Of a stretch of 64,000 nucleotides of DNA, positions 35,601-46,654 are shown piece after piece. Source of the stretch: Macrostomum lignano. Its lineage: Eukaryota. The position numbers and the translations under genes are program-made. Below the pieces are notes generated by a model. That model was not told the origin of the DNA. It searched no databases and worked only from the letters and a program-made list of their open reading frames with translations. The stretch covers positions 105,792 to 169,791 of the forward strand of contig NIVC01001326.1 of NCBI GenBank assembly GCA_002269645.1. The letters run 5' to 3'. Positions within the stretch are counted from its first letter, which is position 1; every line of letters begins with the position of its first letter.

Positions 35601-38600
35601 CCTGTCTGCGAAATCTTGTTCGGAAATCCTGTCTAGGAAATCTTGTTCGGGAAATAATGTCTGGGAAATACTTCCTAGGAAATCCCGTCCGGGAAATCCT
35701 GTCTGGGAAATGCTGTTTGGGAAATCCTGTCTGGGAAATCATGTCTGGGAAATGCTGTTTGGGAAATCCTGTCTGGGAAATCATGTCTGGGAAATCATGT
35801 CTGGGAAATCCTGTCTGGGAAATCTTGTCTGGGAAATCCTGTCTGGGAAATCCTGTCTGGGAAATCCCAACTGAGAAATCAGTCCGCTTATACCAGATCC
35901 CGTCTGAAACTGTTATTGCGCCCAGGTTTCTGCAAAGAAGATTAATGCGAGCCTGCGGCTTTCTTATTGAGGGACTTTATTATCAGATTAACGAGGCTAT
36001 TTCTTTCTATTCACCGCCGGAATCATGATTTTTTCTTGAGAGAATATTCCCTAATCCTCGCTTTATGATTTCATATTTTAAACTGCTCTAATTGTGAGCG
36101 CTGATAAATGAGTCGAATAAAACGATTCATTATCTCGGACTAGAACGGGGAGAGGGACGGACTTTGTGGATCCCGTGACTCCATTGGGCAGTGGCGTACG
36201 CAGAAAATTGTATTTGAGATTGGGGGGTCCGAGCCTCAGGGGCGCCAATATATTGGGTGTCTTGTAGTGGGCGCCCCCGTTTTTTAGGTTGACAGCCCCT
36301 GTCTCTTAGGTGGCCGGCCCTGTCTCTTAGGTGGCCGGCCCTGTCTCTTAGGTGGCCGGCCCTGTCTCTTAGGTGGCAGCCCCTGTCTCTTAGGTGGCCA
36401 CCCATGTCTCTTAGGTGGCCGCCCCTGTCTCTTAGGTGGCCGGCCCTGTCTCTTAGGTGGCCACCCCTGTCTCTTAGGTGGCCGGCCCTGTCTCTTAGGT
36501 GGCCGGCCCTGTCTCTTAGGTGGCCGGCCCTGTCTCTTAGGTGGCCGCCCCTGTCTCTTAGGTGGCCACCCCTGTCTCTTAGGTGGCCGCCCCTGTCTCT
36601 TAGGTGGCCGGCCCTGTCTCTTAGGTGGCCGGCCCTGTCTCTTAGGTGGCCGCCCCTGTCTCTTAGGTGGCCACCCCTGTCTCTTAGGTGGCCGCCCCTG
36701 TCTCTTAGGTGGCCGCCCCTGTCTCTTAGGTGGTCGCCCCTGTCTCTTAGGTGGCCACCCCTGTCTCTTAGGTGGCCGGCCCTGTCTCTTAGGTGGCCAC
36801 CCCTGTCTCTTAGGTGGCCGGCCCTGTCTCTTAGGTGGCCGGCCCTGTCTCTTAGGTGGCCGGCCCTGTCTCTTAGGTGGCCGGCCCTGTCTCTTAGGTG
36901 GCCGCCCCTGTCTCTTAAGTGGCCGCCCCTGTCTCTTAGGTGGCCACCCCTGTCTCTTAGGTGGCCGCCCCTGTCTCTTAGGTGGCCGCCCCTGTCTCTT
37001 AGGTGGCCACCCCTGTCTCTTAGGTGGCCGGCCCTGTCTCTTAGGTGGCCGGCCCTGTCTCTTAGGTGGCCGGCCCTGTCTCTTAGGTGGCCGGCCCTGT
37101 CTCTTAGGTGGCCGGCCCTGTCTCTTAGGTGGCCGCCCCTGTCTCTTAGGTGGCCGCCCCTGTCTCTTAGGTGGCCACCCCTGTCTCTTAGGTGGCCGGC
37201 CCTGTCTCTTAGGTGGCCGGCCCTGTCTCTTAGGTGGCCGGCCCTGTCTCTTAGGTGGCCGCCCCTGTCTCTTAGGTGGCCACCCCTGTCTCTTAGGTGG
37301 CCGCCCCTGTCTCTTAGGTGGCCGCCCCTGTCTCCTAGGTGGCCGCCCCTGTCTCTTAGGTGGCCGGCCCTGTCTCTTAGGTGGCCGGCCCTGTCTCTTA
37401 GGTGGCCGGCCCTGTCTCTTAGGTGGCCGGCCCTGTCTCTTAGGTGGCCGGCCCAGTCTCTTAGGTGGCCGGCCCTGTCTCTTAGGTGGCCGGCCCTGTC
37501 TCTTAGGTGGCCGGCCCTGTCTCTTAGGTGGCCGGCCCTGTCTCTTAGGTGGCCGCCCCTGTCTCTTAGGTGGCCGCCCCTGTCTCTTAGGTGGCCACCC
37601 CTGTCTCTTAGGTGGCCGGCCCTGTCTCTTAGGTGGCCGGCCCTGTCTCTTAGGTGGCCGGCCCTGTCTCTTAGGTGGCCGGCCCTGTCTCTTAGGTGGC
37701 CGGCCCTGTCTCTTAGGTGGCCGCCCCTGTCTCTTAGTTGGCCACCCCTGTCTCTTAGGTGGCCGCCCCTGTCTCTTAGGTGGCCGCCCCTGTCTCTTAG
37801 GTGGCCGGCCCTGTCTCTTAGGTGGCCGGCCCTGTCTCTTAGGTGGCCTTCCCTGTCTCTTAGGTGGCCGCCCCTGTCTCTTAGGTGGCCGGCCCTGTCT
37901 CTTAGGTGGCCTTCCCTGTCTCTTAGGTGGCCGGCCCTGTCTCTTAGGTGGCCGGCCCTGTCTCTTAGGTGGCCACCCCTGTCTCTTAGGTGGCCGGCCC
38001 TGTCTCTTAGGTGGCCGCCCCTGTCTCTTAGGTGGCCGCCCTGTCTCTTAGGTGGCCACCCCTGTCTCTTAGGTGGCCGGCCCTGTCTCTTAGGTGGCCG
38101 GCCCTGTCTCTTAGGTGGCCGGCCCTGTCTCTTAGGTGGCCGGCCCTGTCTCTTAGGTGGCCGGCCCTGTCTCTTAGGTGGCCGGCCCTGTCTCTTAGGT
38201 GGCCGCCCCTGTCTCTTAGGTGGCCACCCCTGTCTCTTAGGTGGCCGGCCCTGTCTCTTAGGTGGCCGGCCCTGTCTCTTAGGTGGCCGGCCCTGTCTCT
38301 TAGGTGGCCGCCCCTGTCTCTTAGGTGGCCACCCCTGTCTCTTAGGTGGCCGCCCCTGTCTCTTAGGTGGCCGCCCCTGTCTCCTAGGTGGCCGCCCCTG
38401 TCTCTTAGGTGGCCGCCCCTGTCTCTTAGGTGGCCGCCCCTGTCTCTTAGGTGGCCACCCCTGTCTCTTAGGTGGCCGGCCCTGTCTCTTAGGTGGCCGG
38501 CCCTGTCTCTTAGGTGGCCGGCCCTGTCTCTTAGGTGGCCGGCCCTGTCTCTTAGGTGGCCGCCCCTGTCTCTTAGGTGGCCGGCCCTGTCTCTTAGGTG

Positions 38601-41600
38601 GCCGGCCCTGTCTCTTAGGTGGCCGCCCTGTCTCTTAGGTGGCCGGCCCTGTCTCTTAGGTGGCCGGCCCTGTCTCTTAGGTGGCCGGCCCTGTCTCTTA
38701 GGTGGCCGGCCCTGTCTCTTAGGTGGCCGGCCCTGTCTCTTAGGTGGCCGCCCCTGTCTCTTAGGTGGCCACCCCTGTCTCTTAGGTGGCCGCCCCTGTC
38801 TCTTAGGTGGCCGCCCCTGTCTCTTAGGTGGCCACCCCTGTCTCTTAGGTGGCCGGCCCTGTCTCTTAGGTGGCCGCCCCTGTCTCTTAGGTGGCCGCCC
38901 CTGTCTCTTAGGTGGCCACCCCTGTCTCTTAGGTGGCCTTCCCTGTCTCTTAGGTGGCCGCCCCTGTCTCTTAGGTGGCCGCCCCTGTCTCTTAGGTGGC
39001 CGGCCCTCTTAGGTGGCCGGCCCTGTCTTTTAAGTGGGTGTCCCCGTAAAATAGCTACTTTGTTTTATTTACAATTAGAAAGCTCAAAATAGGTGAGATG
39101 TTGTGAATTGAGTGCAAAATAATACTGTAAACTTCTTACATCCCGCAAATGCATTTTGTAGCGAGAACAAGCCTTCAAAGTGAAATAAGCAAGATCCTGT
39201 TATTTCTTTAGCTGCCCATGATTGGAATTTACATGACCGCGCCGAGCACCCGATGTGGCGACACCCTCCAACCCTTTGGGAGGCGCTCTCAGCGCTCTCG
39301 AGAGTGAGCAGTGCGCGGTCACAATGCTGAGATTGATTGGGTGGGGAGCCACCTCCCCCCGGATCTCCTCAAACTTATCCGAGCCACCACTTCTCCCCTA
39401 AACGCCCCGAGAGTTCTTCCCTTCGATCCAGCCAGCACGCCAAGGGTCGGGCAAGGAGGAGCTCGCGCGATAAAAAATAACCAGTGTGTTCCTTCTTATC
39501 CCTTCCTTAGACTTCTCTCTTTTTTGCAGTTTTTTTCTCTATACGACCTCCAGGAGGAGCAGCCGGGGTTCTCACTGGCGATAATTGAAGAAATGCTGGT
39601 TCCCTATAGATAACATAATGCGATAGACAAATTTTGGCGGTTACTTATGAACTGCAAATGCACCTGGTGGGGTTTTTAATTAAAAAAATGCATAATGGCA
39701 ACTAATGCTTCGTCAGTCAGCCATTACATTTTTATCGGGTTGGAAAATAATACTTTCGAGTTGTTCACGAGACTCACTCTTTAAAGAGTTGAAATCCACG
39801 AGAATCACTCTTTAGAGAGTTGAAATCCGTGAGAATCACTCTTTAGAGAGTTGAAATCCATGAGAATCACTCTTTAGACAGTTGAAATCCATGAGAATCA
39901 CTCTTTAGAGCGTTGAAATCCATGAGAATCACTCTTTAGAGCGTTGAAATCCATGAGAATCACTCTTTAGAGAGTTTAAATCCATGAGAATCACTCTTTA
40001 GAGAGTTTAAATCCATGAGAATCACTCTTTAGAGAGTTTAAATCCACGAGAATCACTCTTTAGAGAGTTGAAATCCATGAGAATCACTCTTTAGAGAGTT
40101 GAAATCCATGAGAATCACTCTATGAGAATCAATCTCTGATAATTACTTTGAAGAATCACTCTGGAGAATCACTCTGGAGAATCACTCTGGAGAATCAATC
40201 ACTCTGGAGAATCACTCTGGAGAATCACTCTGGAGAATCACTCTGGGGAATCACTCTGGGGAATCACTCTGGAGAATCATTCTATGCGAATCACTCTGGA
40301 GAATCACTCTGGAGAATCACTCTGGAGAATCACTCTATGAGAATCACCCTGGAGAATCACTCTGGAGAATCACTCTGGAGAATCACTCTGGAGAATAATT
40401 CTATGAGAATCACTCTGGAGAATCACTCTGAAGAATCACTCTGGAGAATCACTCTCTAATAATCACTCTGGAGAATCATTCTATGAGAATCACTCTGGAG
40501 AATCACTCTGGAGAATCACTCTGGAGAATCACTCTCTAATAATCACTCTGGAGAATAATTCTGGAGAATCACTCTGGAGAATCACTCTGAAGAATCACTC
40601 TGAAGAATCACTCTGGAGGATCACTCTGAGAATCACTCTGAAGAATCACTCTGGAGAATCACTCTGGAGAATCACTCTGAAGAATCACTCTGGAGGATCA
40701 CTCTGAGAATCACTCTCTGAGAATGAGACTTTAAAAAATATGTCTAAAGAACTCATCCGGCACAACAGGGGGGGGGGCACACGCGTCACTTGTCGGAAAA
40801 ATGAATATGCTCGCATTAGACCCAATATAAGATCCGAGCTCGGGAAGTCATCGAGTCGCCAGGGGCCGAGTCGGGAGTCCCAGCGGTTGGCCAGCTTGAG
40901 CAGCTCTGACGATCTTTCCCCATGGGATCGGCGGCCGTGAGGAGCCGGAGTGGTCCCCTGGCCGCTGTTCCCCATTTTCCTCCCTAATTCCTTTGCCTTC
41001 TCTCCCTCTTTCTTTCGAATGCTTCGCCTTTAACAGGACGCCGCACCGACCCCGGGGAGAAGGCTGGACAGCGGCTTCATCGCTGCTTTGAATAATTGCA
41101 ATTTGGCCCCGGCTGAGAAGGCTGGCGGGCGGCAGATGCTAGCGAAAATATGAGGAGAGCCATTTTTCTCAGCGATGTGGAGGAAGGGGCGACTCTCGTG
41201 TCTCCATTTTTTTCTTTCCCTTGCTTCCTTCGGGAAATTTAGGCGACCAAAAATCGACTCGACAAATTTTGAGTCACGTGATTCGCTAGGGACAGGAGAC
41301 TCAGTAATTTGGCAACGGATCACTTCGGCGTCAGCTAATTTATTGCTTCCAAGCCAGGTTGACCGAGCCAAAATTTATGATCTTAAAGTGACTTCCTATT
41401 TGAAGAAGAGAGATTCTTCGAACACCCGGAATCACTCTAGTCATACCCGGGATCCTTTAGAACCCCTCTGGGGAAACCCCTCTGGGGAAACCCCTCTGGG
41501 GAAACCCCTCTGGGGAAACCCCTCTGGGGAAACCCCTCTGGGGAAACCCCTCTGGGGAAACCCCTCTGGGGAAACCCCTCTGGGGAAACCCCTCTGGGGA

Positions 41601-42098
41601 AACCCCTCTGGGGAAACCCCTCTGGGGAAACCCCTCTGGGAAACCTTGAAAATGTAGCAGAAATGACTCACCGTAGACGAACAGGTAGATGGTGCACTGA
41701 TCCTTGGCCTCGCCGGGATCCTCAACGCGAAACTTCACGTAACACCGGTAGACGCCCTGGTCGCTGACCCGCACATCCTTCAGCTTCAGGCTGGCCTCCG
41801 AATACACCGATAGGCGGCCAACAAACTCGGTGGCAAGCGTGGGCTCGAAGGACTCAAACCTGTCGAACACGGCCTGCTGCAAGCCGTCACGGCGCCACTG
41901 CACCTGGTGCGGCACCAGCACGTTGGCGTTCGCCGGGTAGCGGAGCTGGCATTCGAACAGCACGTCGCTGCCAACGGCCACCTCCTTGGCAATCTGGCGC
42001 CGAGTCCGCGACAGCAGCGGCTGCATGGCGTGGCCCAGCCGACCGGCTTGTAGAAGCAGCAGCAGCGACAGCAGGAGCAGCAAGCCACCCGGAGCCAT
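17685..42098 (-). CDS. IGSF9: Turtle/IGSF9 (Dasm1)-family cell-adhesion receptor: signal peptide, 5 Ig, 2 FN3, TM, cytoplasmic tail
   Basis: Minus-strand exons are 42098-41672, 25921-25616, 25098-24550, 23890-23440, 22362-22052, 18705-18523 and 18328-(17685); phases are consistent. Signatures: SLKLKDVRVSDQGVYRC, ASAYVDVIYP, PYNLTV..LSWMPGYDGG..YAVWY, TM LWAMLACAAVAVSLAVAVLLW. The 3' end is uncertain because a possible donor CCG|GTCAGT lies near 17819. Confidence 0.85.
18378..18480. repeat. 17-bp repeat GAGGTGGGTGTCGGACT, ~5 copies
   Basis: It lies in turtle intron 6. Confidence 0.9.
18790..20615. repeat. 20-bp array (GTCACTCCACTGTCTCCCAT) with three embedded inverted (GTGGA)n blocks
   Basis: It lies in turtle intron 5. 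Confidence 0.95.
21040..22010. repeat. 20-bp array GGATAGTTTTGGCGCCACTG, ~48 copies
   Basis: It lies in turtle intron 5. Confidence 0.95.
22400..23365. repeat. 11-12-bp GGAATCTCACT / GAATCTCATTT array
   Basis: It fills turtle intron 4. Confidence 0.93.
23909..24252. repeat. 23-bp array (GTGACTCACTCTGCACCGTCACT), ~15 copies, each with a minus-strand GTGAGT
   Basis: It lies in turtle intron 3. Confidence 0.95.
24253..24565. repeat. 33-bp array duplicating the exon 3 end plus its splice donor (9 extra copies)
   Basis: Minus-strand unit is CGGGTGCTGGTGCAGA|GTGAGTCACTGCTGATG. Confidence 0.95.
25205..25607. repeat. 24-bp array TTAGATTTTAGCGCCACATCATCC, ~16 copies
   Basis: It lies in turtle intron 2. 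Confidence 0.93.
25940..26255. repeat. 11-bp array GGG(A/G)ATGTACT, ~28 copies
   Basis: It lies immediately upstream (on the minus strand) of turtle exon 2. Confidence 0.93.
26500..26880 (+). mobile_element. Probable decayed L1/Tx1-clade LINE ORF2 fragment
   Basis: Interrupted frames read CVNEL/ANKLW...WVISLNEL...FCYLPADSG, resembling the post-RT NEL.ASKLW...YLP..GG segment of Tx1-like elements. This is a by-eye similarity only. Confidence 0.35.
26880..28810. repeat. 31/32-bp array GACAGAATGCGGGATAGTCACTGACAAGAGT, ~60 copies
   Basis: The 5' part is heterogeneous and the 3' part is homogeneous. Confidence 0.96.
28810..29660 (+). mobile_element. Probable decayed LINE ORF2 fragment(s)
   Basis: Broken frames read KFYEAIQKA..EPSI, LNNFIK...QGFGFLSVE and LLPFYTRLKK, reminiscent of L1/Tx1 post-RT motifs. 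There are many stops. Confidence 0.3.
29895..30265. repeat. 30-bp array TGTACATTCTAAATGGAACAGCAGGTGGGA, ~12 copies
   Basis: Direct reading. Confidence 0.93.
30895..31110. repeat. 52-bp repeat, ~4 copies
   Basis: GTAC anchors at 30913, 30965, 31017 and 31069. Confidence 0.88.
31727..35870. repeat. 14-bp satellite (GGGAAATCCTGTCT) with a ~1.14-1.15-kb higher-order repeat
   Basis: Identical translated blocks start at 32472, 33612 and 34766. Confidence 0.96.
36290..39030. repeat. 21-bp satellite CTTAGGTGGCC(GG/GC/AC)CCCTGTCT-type, ~130 copies
   Basis: Direct reading; three common variants are interspersed. Confidence 0.97.
39770..40725. repeat. Adjacent 30-bp (39770-40135) and 14-bp (40150-40725) arrays sharing a GAGAATCACTCT core
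   Basis: Direct reading. Confidence 0.93.
41455..41645. repeat. 15-bp array GGGAAACCCCTCTGG, ~12 copies
   Basis: It begins ~25 nt into turtle intron 1. Confidence 0.93.
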
Positions 42099-42629
42099 TA
42101 TTCGCCCAATCGCTACCTTACTACTGTAGCGGCCTTGTCCGCGAACTCTAAGCCGGAGACTGATCGGATTTATTAGCAGGCGGATTAGTCAAACAAACTG
42201 CATATCTCAGCCCAGCCTCCGGCGCAGAGCGGACTCCGAACTCAGCAGCTTTCTAAGCATCCCGGAGGGTCGGCGGTGTGTCCGGTGCAAACAGGAGGTG
42301 CAAAAAACACAGCAGGAGGCCGGGCATTGGACGGGGGTGGACCGGAGCCGGTAGCCCATTGGCCGGTGGCCCTGCTGGAACTTTGAGCTATACAGGATGG
42401 CTGGGATTTTAATCCCTCCGGCCCCTGAAAAGAGCACCGATGCTTGTTCTGGTCGCTTTCAGTCTTTAATTGTACAAGCGGTGAGCACTGCTCACAAGAC
42501 AGGAGACAATGCTCAGATTGAGTCCTTGCAGTTTTACAACCCCCAACCCCTCGGGGACACTTTTATAGGGAATTTATTGGGGATTCAATTTTAAGCGGAA
42601 ATGCATTAGAGGTAGTGGGGTTGCTAGGA

Positions 42630-45540
42630 ACTTCAGATCCCATAGATGAGAATCTCCCACTGCATCCAAATCCCATAGGTGAGGATCTCCCACTGCATCC
42701 AAATCCCATAGGTGAGGATCTCCCACTGCATCCAAATCCCATAGGTGCCTCCCACTGCATCCAAATCCCATAGGTGAGGATCTCCCACTGCGTCCAAATC
42801 CCATAGGTGAGGATCTCCCACTGCATCCAAATCCCATAGGTGAGGATCTCCCACTGCATCCAAATCCCATAGGTGAGGATCTCCCACTGCATCCAAATCC
42901 CATAGGTGCCTCCCACTGCATCCAAATCCCATAGGTGAGGATCTCCCACTGCATCCAAATCCCATAGGTGAGGATCTCCCACTGCATCCAAATCCCATAG
43001 GTGCCTCCCACTGCATCCAAATCCCATAGGTGAGGATCTCCCACTGCGTCTAAATCCCATAGGTGCCTCCCACTGCATCCAAATCCCATAGGTGAGGATC
43101 TCCCACTGCGTCCAAATCCCATAGGTGAGGATCTCCCACTGCGTCTAAATCCCATAGGTGCCTCCCACTGCATCCAAATCCCATAGGTGAGGATCTCCCA
43201 CTGCGTCCAAATCCCATAGGTGAGGATCTCACACTGCATCCAAATCCCATAGGTGCCTCCCACTGCATCCAAATCCCATAGGTGAGGATCTCCCACTGCA
43301 TCCAAATCCTATAGGCAAGGATCTCACACTGCATCCAAATCCCATAGGTAAGGATCTCACACTGCATCCAGATCCCATAGGTAAGGATCTCACACTGCAT
43401 CCAGATCCCATAGGTAAGGATCTCACACTGCATCCAGATCCCATAGGTAAGGATCTGACACTGCATCCAAATCCCATAAATGAGGATCTCCAACTGCATC
43501 CAAATCCCATAGGTGCCTCCCACTGCATCCAAATCCCATAGGTGAGGATCTCACACTGCATCCAGATCCCATAGGTAAGGATCTCACACTGCATCCAAAT
43601 CCTATAGGTAAGGATCTCCCACTGCATCCAAATCCCATAGGTGAGGATCTCCCACTGCGTCTAAATCCCATAGGTGCCTCCCACTGCATCCAAATCCCAT
43701 AGGTGAGGATCTCCCACTGCGTCTAAATCCCATAGGTGAGGATCTCCCACTGCATCCAAATCCTATAGGCAAGGATCTCACACTGCATCCAAATCCCATA
43801 GGTAAGGATCTCACACTGCATCCAAATCCCATAGGTAAGGATCTCACACTGCATCCAGATCCCATAGGTAAGGATCTCACACTGCATCCAGATCCCATAG
43901 GTAAGGATCTCACACTGCATCCAAATCCCATAGGTAAGGATCTCACACTGCATCCAGATCCCATAGGTAAGGATCTCACACTGCATCCAGATCCCATAGG
44001 TAAGGATCTCACACTGCATCCAGATCCCATAGGTAAGGATCTCACACTGCATCCAAATCCCATAGGTAAGGATCTGACACTGCATCCAAATCCCATAAAT
44101 GAGGATCTCCAACTGCATCCAAATCCCATAGGTGAGGATCTCACACTGCATCCAGATCCCATAGGTAAGGATCTCACACTGCATCCAAATCCCATAGGTA
44201 AGGATCTCACACTGCATCCAGATCCCATAGGTAAGGATCTCACACTGCATCCAGATCCCATAGGTAAGGATCTCACACTGCATCCAGATCCCATAGGTAA
44301 GGATCTCACACTGCATCCAAATCCCATAGGTAAGGATCTGACACTGCATCCAAATCCCATAAATGAGGATCTCCAACTGCATCCAAATCCCATAGGTGAG
44401 GATCTCACACTGCATCCAGATCCCATAGGTAAGGATCTCACACTGCATCCAGATCCCATAGGTAAGGATCTCACACTGCATCCAGATCCCATAGGTAAGG
44501 ATCTCACACTGCATCCAAATCCCATAGGTAAGGATCTCACACTGCATCCAGATCCCATAGGTAAGGATCTCACACTGCATCCAGATCCCATAGGTAAGGA
44601 TCTCACACTGCATCCAGATCCCATAGGTAAGGATCTCACACTGCATCCAAATCCCATAGGTAAGGATCTGACACTGCATCCAAATCCCATAAATGAGGAT
44701 CTCCAACTGCATCCAAATCCCATAGGTGAGGATCTCACACTGCATCCAGATCCCATAGGTAAGGATCTCACACTGCATCCAGATCCCATAGGTAAGGATC
44801 TCACACTGCATCCAAATCCTATAGGTAAGGATCTCCCACTGCATCCAAATCCCATAGGTGAGGATCTCCCACTGCGTCTAAATCCCATAGGTGCCTCCCA
44901 CTGCATCCAAATCCCATAGGTGAGGATCTCACACTGCATCCAGATCCCATAGGTAAGGATCTCACACTGCATCCAAATCCTATAGGTAAGGATCTCCCAC
45001 TGCATCCAAATCCCATAGGTGAGGATCTCCCACTGCGTCTAAATCCCATAGGTGCCTCCCACTGCATCCAAATCCCATAGGTGAGGATCTCCCACTGCGT
45101 CTAAATCCCATAGGTGAGGATCTCCCACTGCGTCCAAATCCCATAGGTGCCTCCCACTGCATCCAAATCCCATAGGTGAGGATCTCCCACTGCATCCAAA
45201 TCCTATAGCTAAGGATCTCACACTGCATCCAAATCCTATAGGCAAGGATCTCACACTGCATCCAAATCCCATAGGTAAGGATCTCACACTGCATCCAGAT
45301 CCCATAGGTAAGGATCTCACACTGCATCCAGATCCCATAGGTAAGGATCTCACACTGCATCCAGATCCCATAGGTAAGGATCTCCCACTGCATCCAAATC
45401 CCATAGGTAAGGATCTGACACTGCATCCAAATCCCATAAATGAGGATCTCCAACTGCATCCAAATCCCATAGGTGCCTCCCACTGCATCCAAATCCCATA
45501 GGTAAGGATCTCACACTGCATCCAGATCCCATAGATGAGG
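42630..45540. repeat. Composite 33-bp/29-bp satellite (GATCCCATAGGTAAGGATCTCACACTGCATCCA and a shorter variant)
   Basis: It lies upstream of the turtle ATG. Confidence 0.96.
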
Positions 45541-45579
45541 AGCTGACACTGCCTCCAGATTCCAAAGGTACCTTTAAGC

Positions 45580-46380
45580 TACAACATTTCTGAGTATCCA
45601 ATAAAGTTGAGGATCTCTTCGGATCGGTATCCAGACTCCCAGATCCCATAGGAGTCATTCAAGATGAAGTGCTTCAGCATTGCTGGCACCAAATGGGCCA
45701 GTTGTAAATAGGAAATGGCACAGCCAGCTGTCTCCCATTTCTCACAACGAGAAGAGCCTCTCACAGGCCAGTTGAAAACCTGAAGAACGGCCTTTAAGAT
45801 TCATTCAAAGGAAGAAAAACTCTCAGTTGATGTAAAGGCTTTATTGATGAGGGAGAGTATGAGCGCAAATCCCTATTGTAGAAAAAAACAAGGGAACACG
45901 GCAATACGGGGGATAGCCGGGGCAATTACTCTGCAACTATGAAGTGCAACATCGCTGCCGAAGTAGAAGCGGGTATTTGTCAAGATGCCAAAAGAATTTC
46001 CAGGGGCCAAGAATACGGAGAGAAGGCCAACTTTGAGATGGAGAGAGAGAGAGCTGGGAGTTGCAGAGAAGAGATGGCGGAGGAGGATAGCGAGAATCTT
46101 GAAGAATCCAGTTGGACCGGGATGGCGGGCGGGGCAATGACAAATCGGTATATACATGAACTATAGGCCCAGCGTTTCTCGATCTATCCTTCTATGCCAG
46201 GGGCCTCTGCAAGCAAATTACAGGCGCACAGAGACTAATCTAATGCCGGGCACTCCTTGCCATCCCTTCTCATCCCCTCATCCAGTCCGCATACAACAAC
46301 TTGTTTTGAGCACTCAACCTCGACTGCAGCTCTTCAGCCTAACAAATATATAAAACTTACTTTTGCTATCCTAAGCTGGA
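45580..46380 (+). mobile_element. Probable decayed Tx1-like LINE C-terminal (zf-RVT region) fragment
   Basis: One frame with scattered stops includes DEGEYERKSLL and W..MAGGAMTNRYIHEL, resembling Tx1 WRI.HGAIATNRY..HL. Confidence 0.35.
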
Positions 46381-46654
46381 TAGAATGAGCGAGTGATGGA
46401 GGGCGAGAAGGCAGATAGGGAGAGCTGTCATGTCGAACTGCTGCTGCTGCTTCTGGGGCTTAAGCAGATTTCTTTGATTGAATATTAGTTTGCGCGCTCT
46501 AGAGGGCTGCCAGAGGCGCCAATTCAAATTAATTGGCACCCGAAGGAAGAGCCGCCAAGCAGATTACGCAGTTTAAGGCTGGGTCAGGCGGCATCTCCGA
46601 CATATTTTTGACGCAAGAGCTCTCGGGGCATTGGGGCAGGGTAGCGAATGCCAT

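Noticed and set aside
36290-39030. Telomeric repeat (TTAGG)
   Set aside because: TTAGGT occurs once per 21-bp unit, not as tandem TTAGGG or TTAGG.
36404-39092. 744-aa and other long ORFs (LSLRWPP/CLLGGRP repeats)
   Set aside because: They are translations of a 21-bp satellite on the strand opposite the host gene, with no unique coding sequence or splice support.
42563-45658. Overlapping Trp/Met/Cys-rich ORFs
   Set aside because: They are satellite translations in multiple frames.
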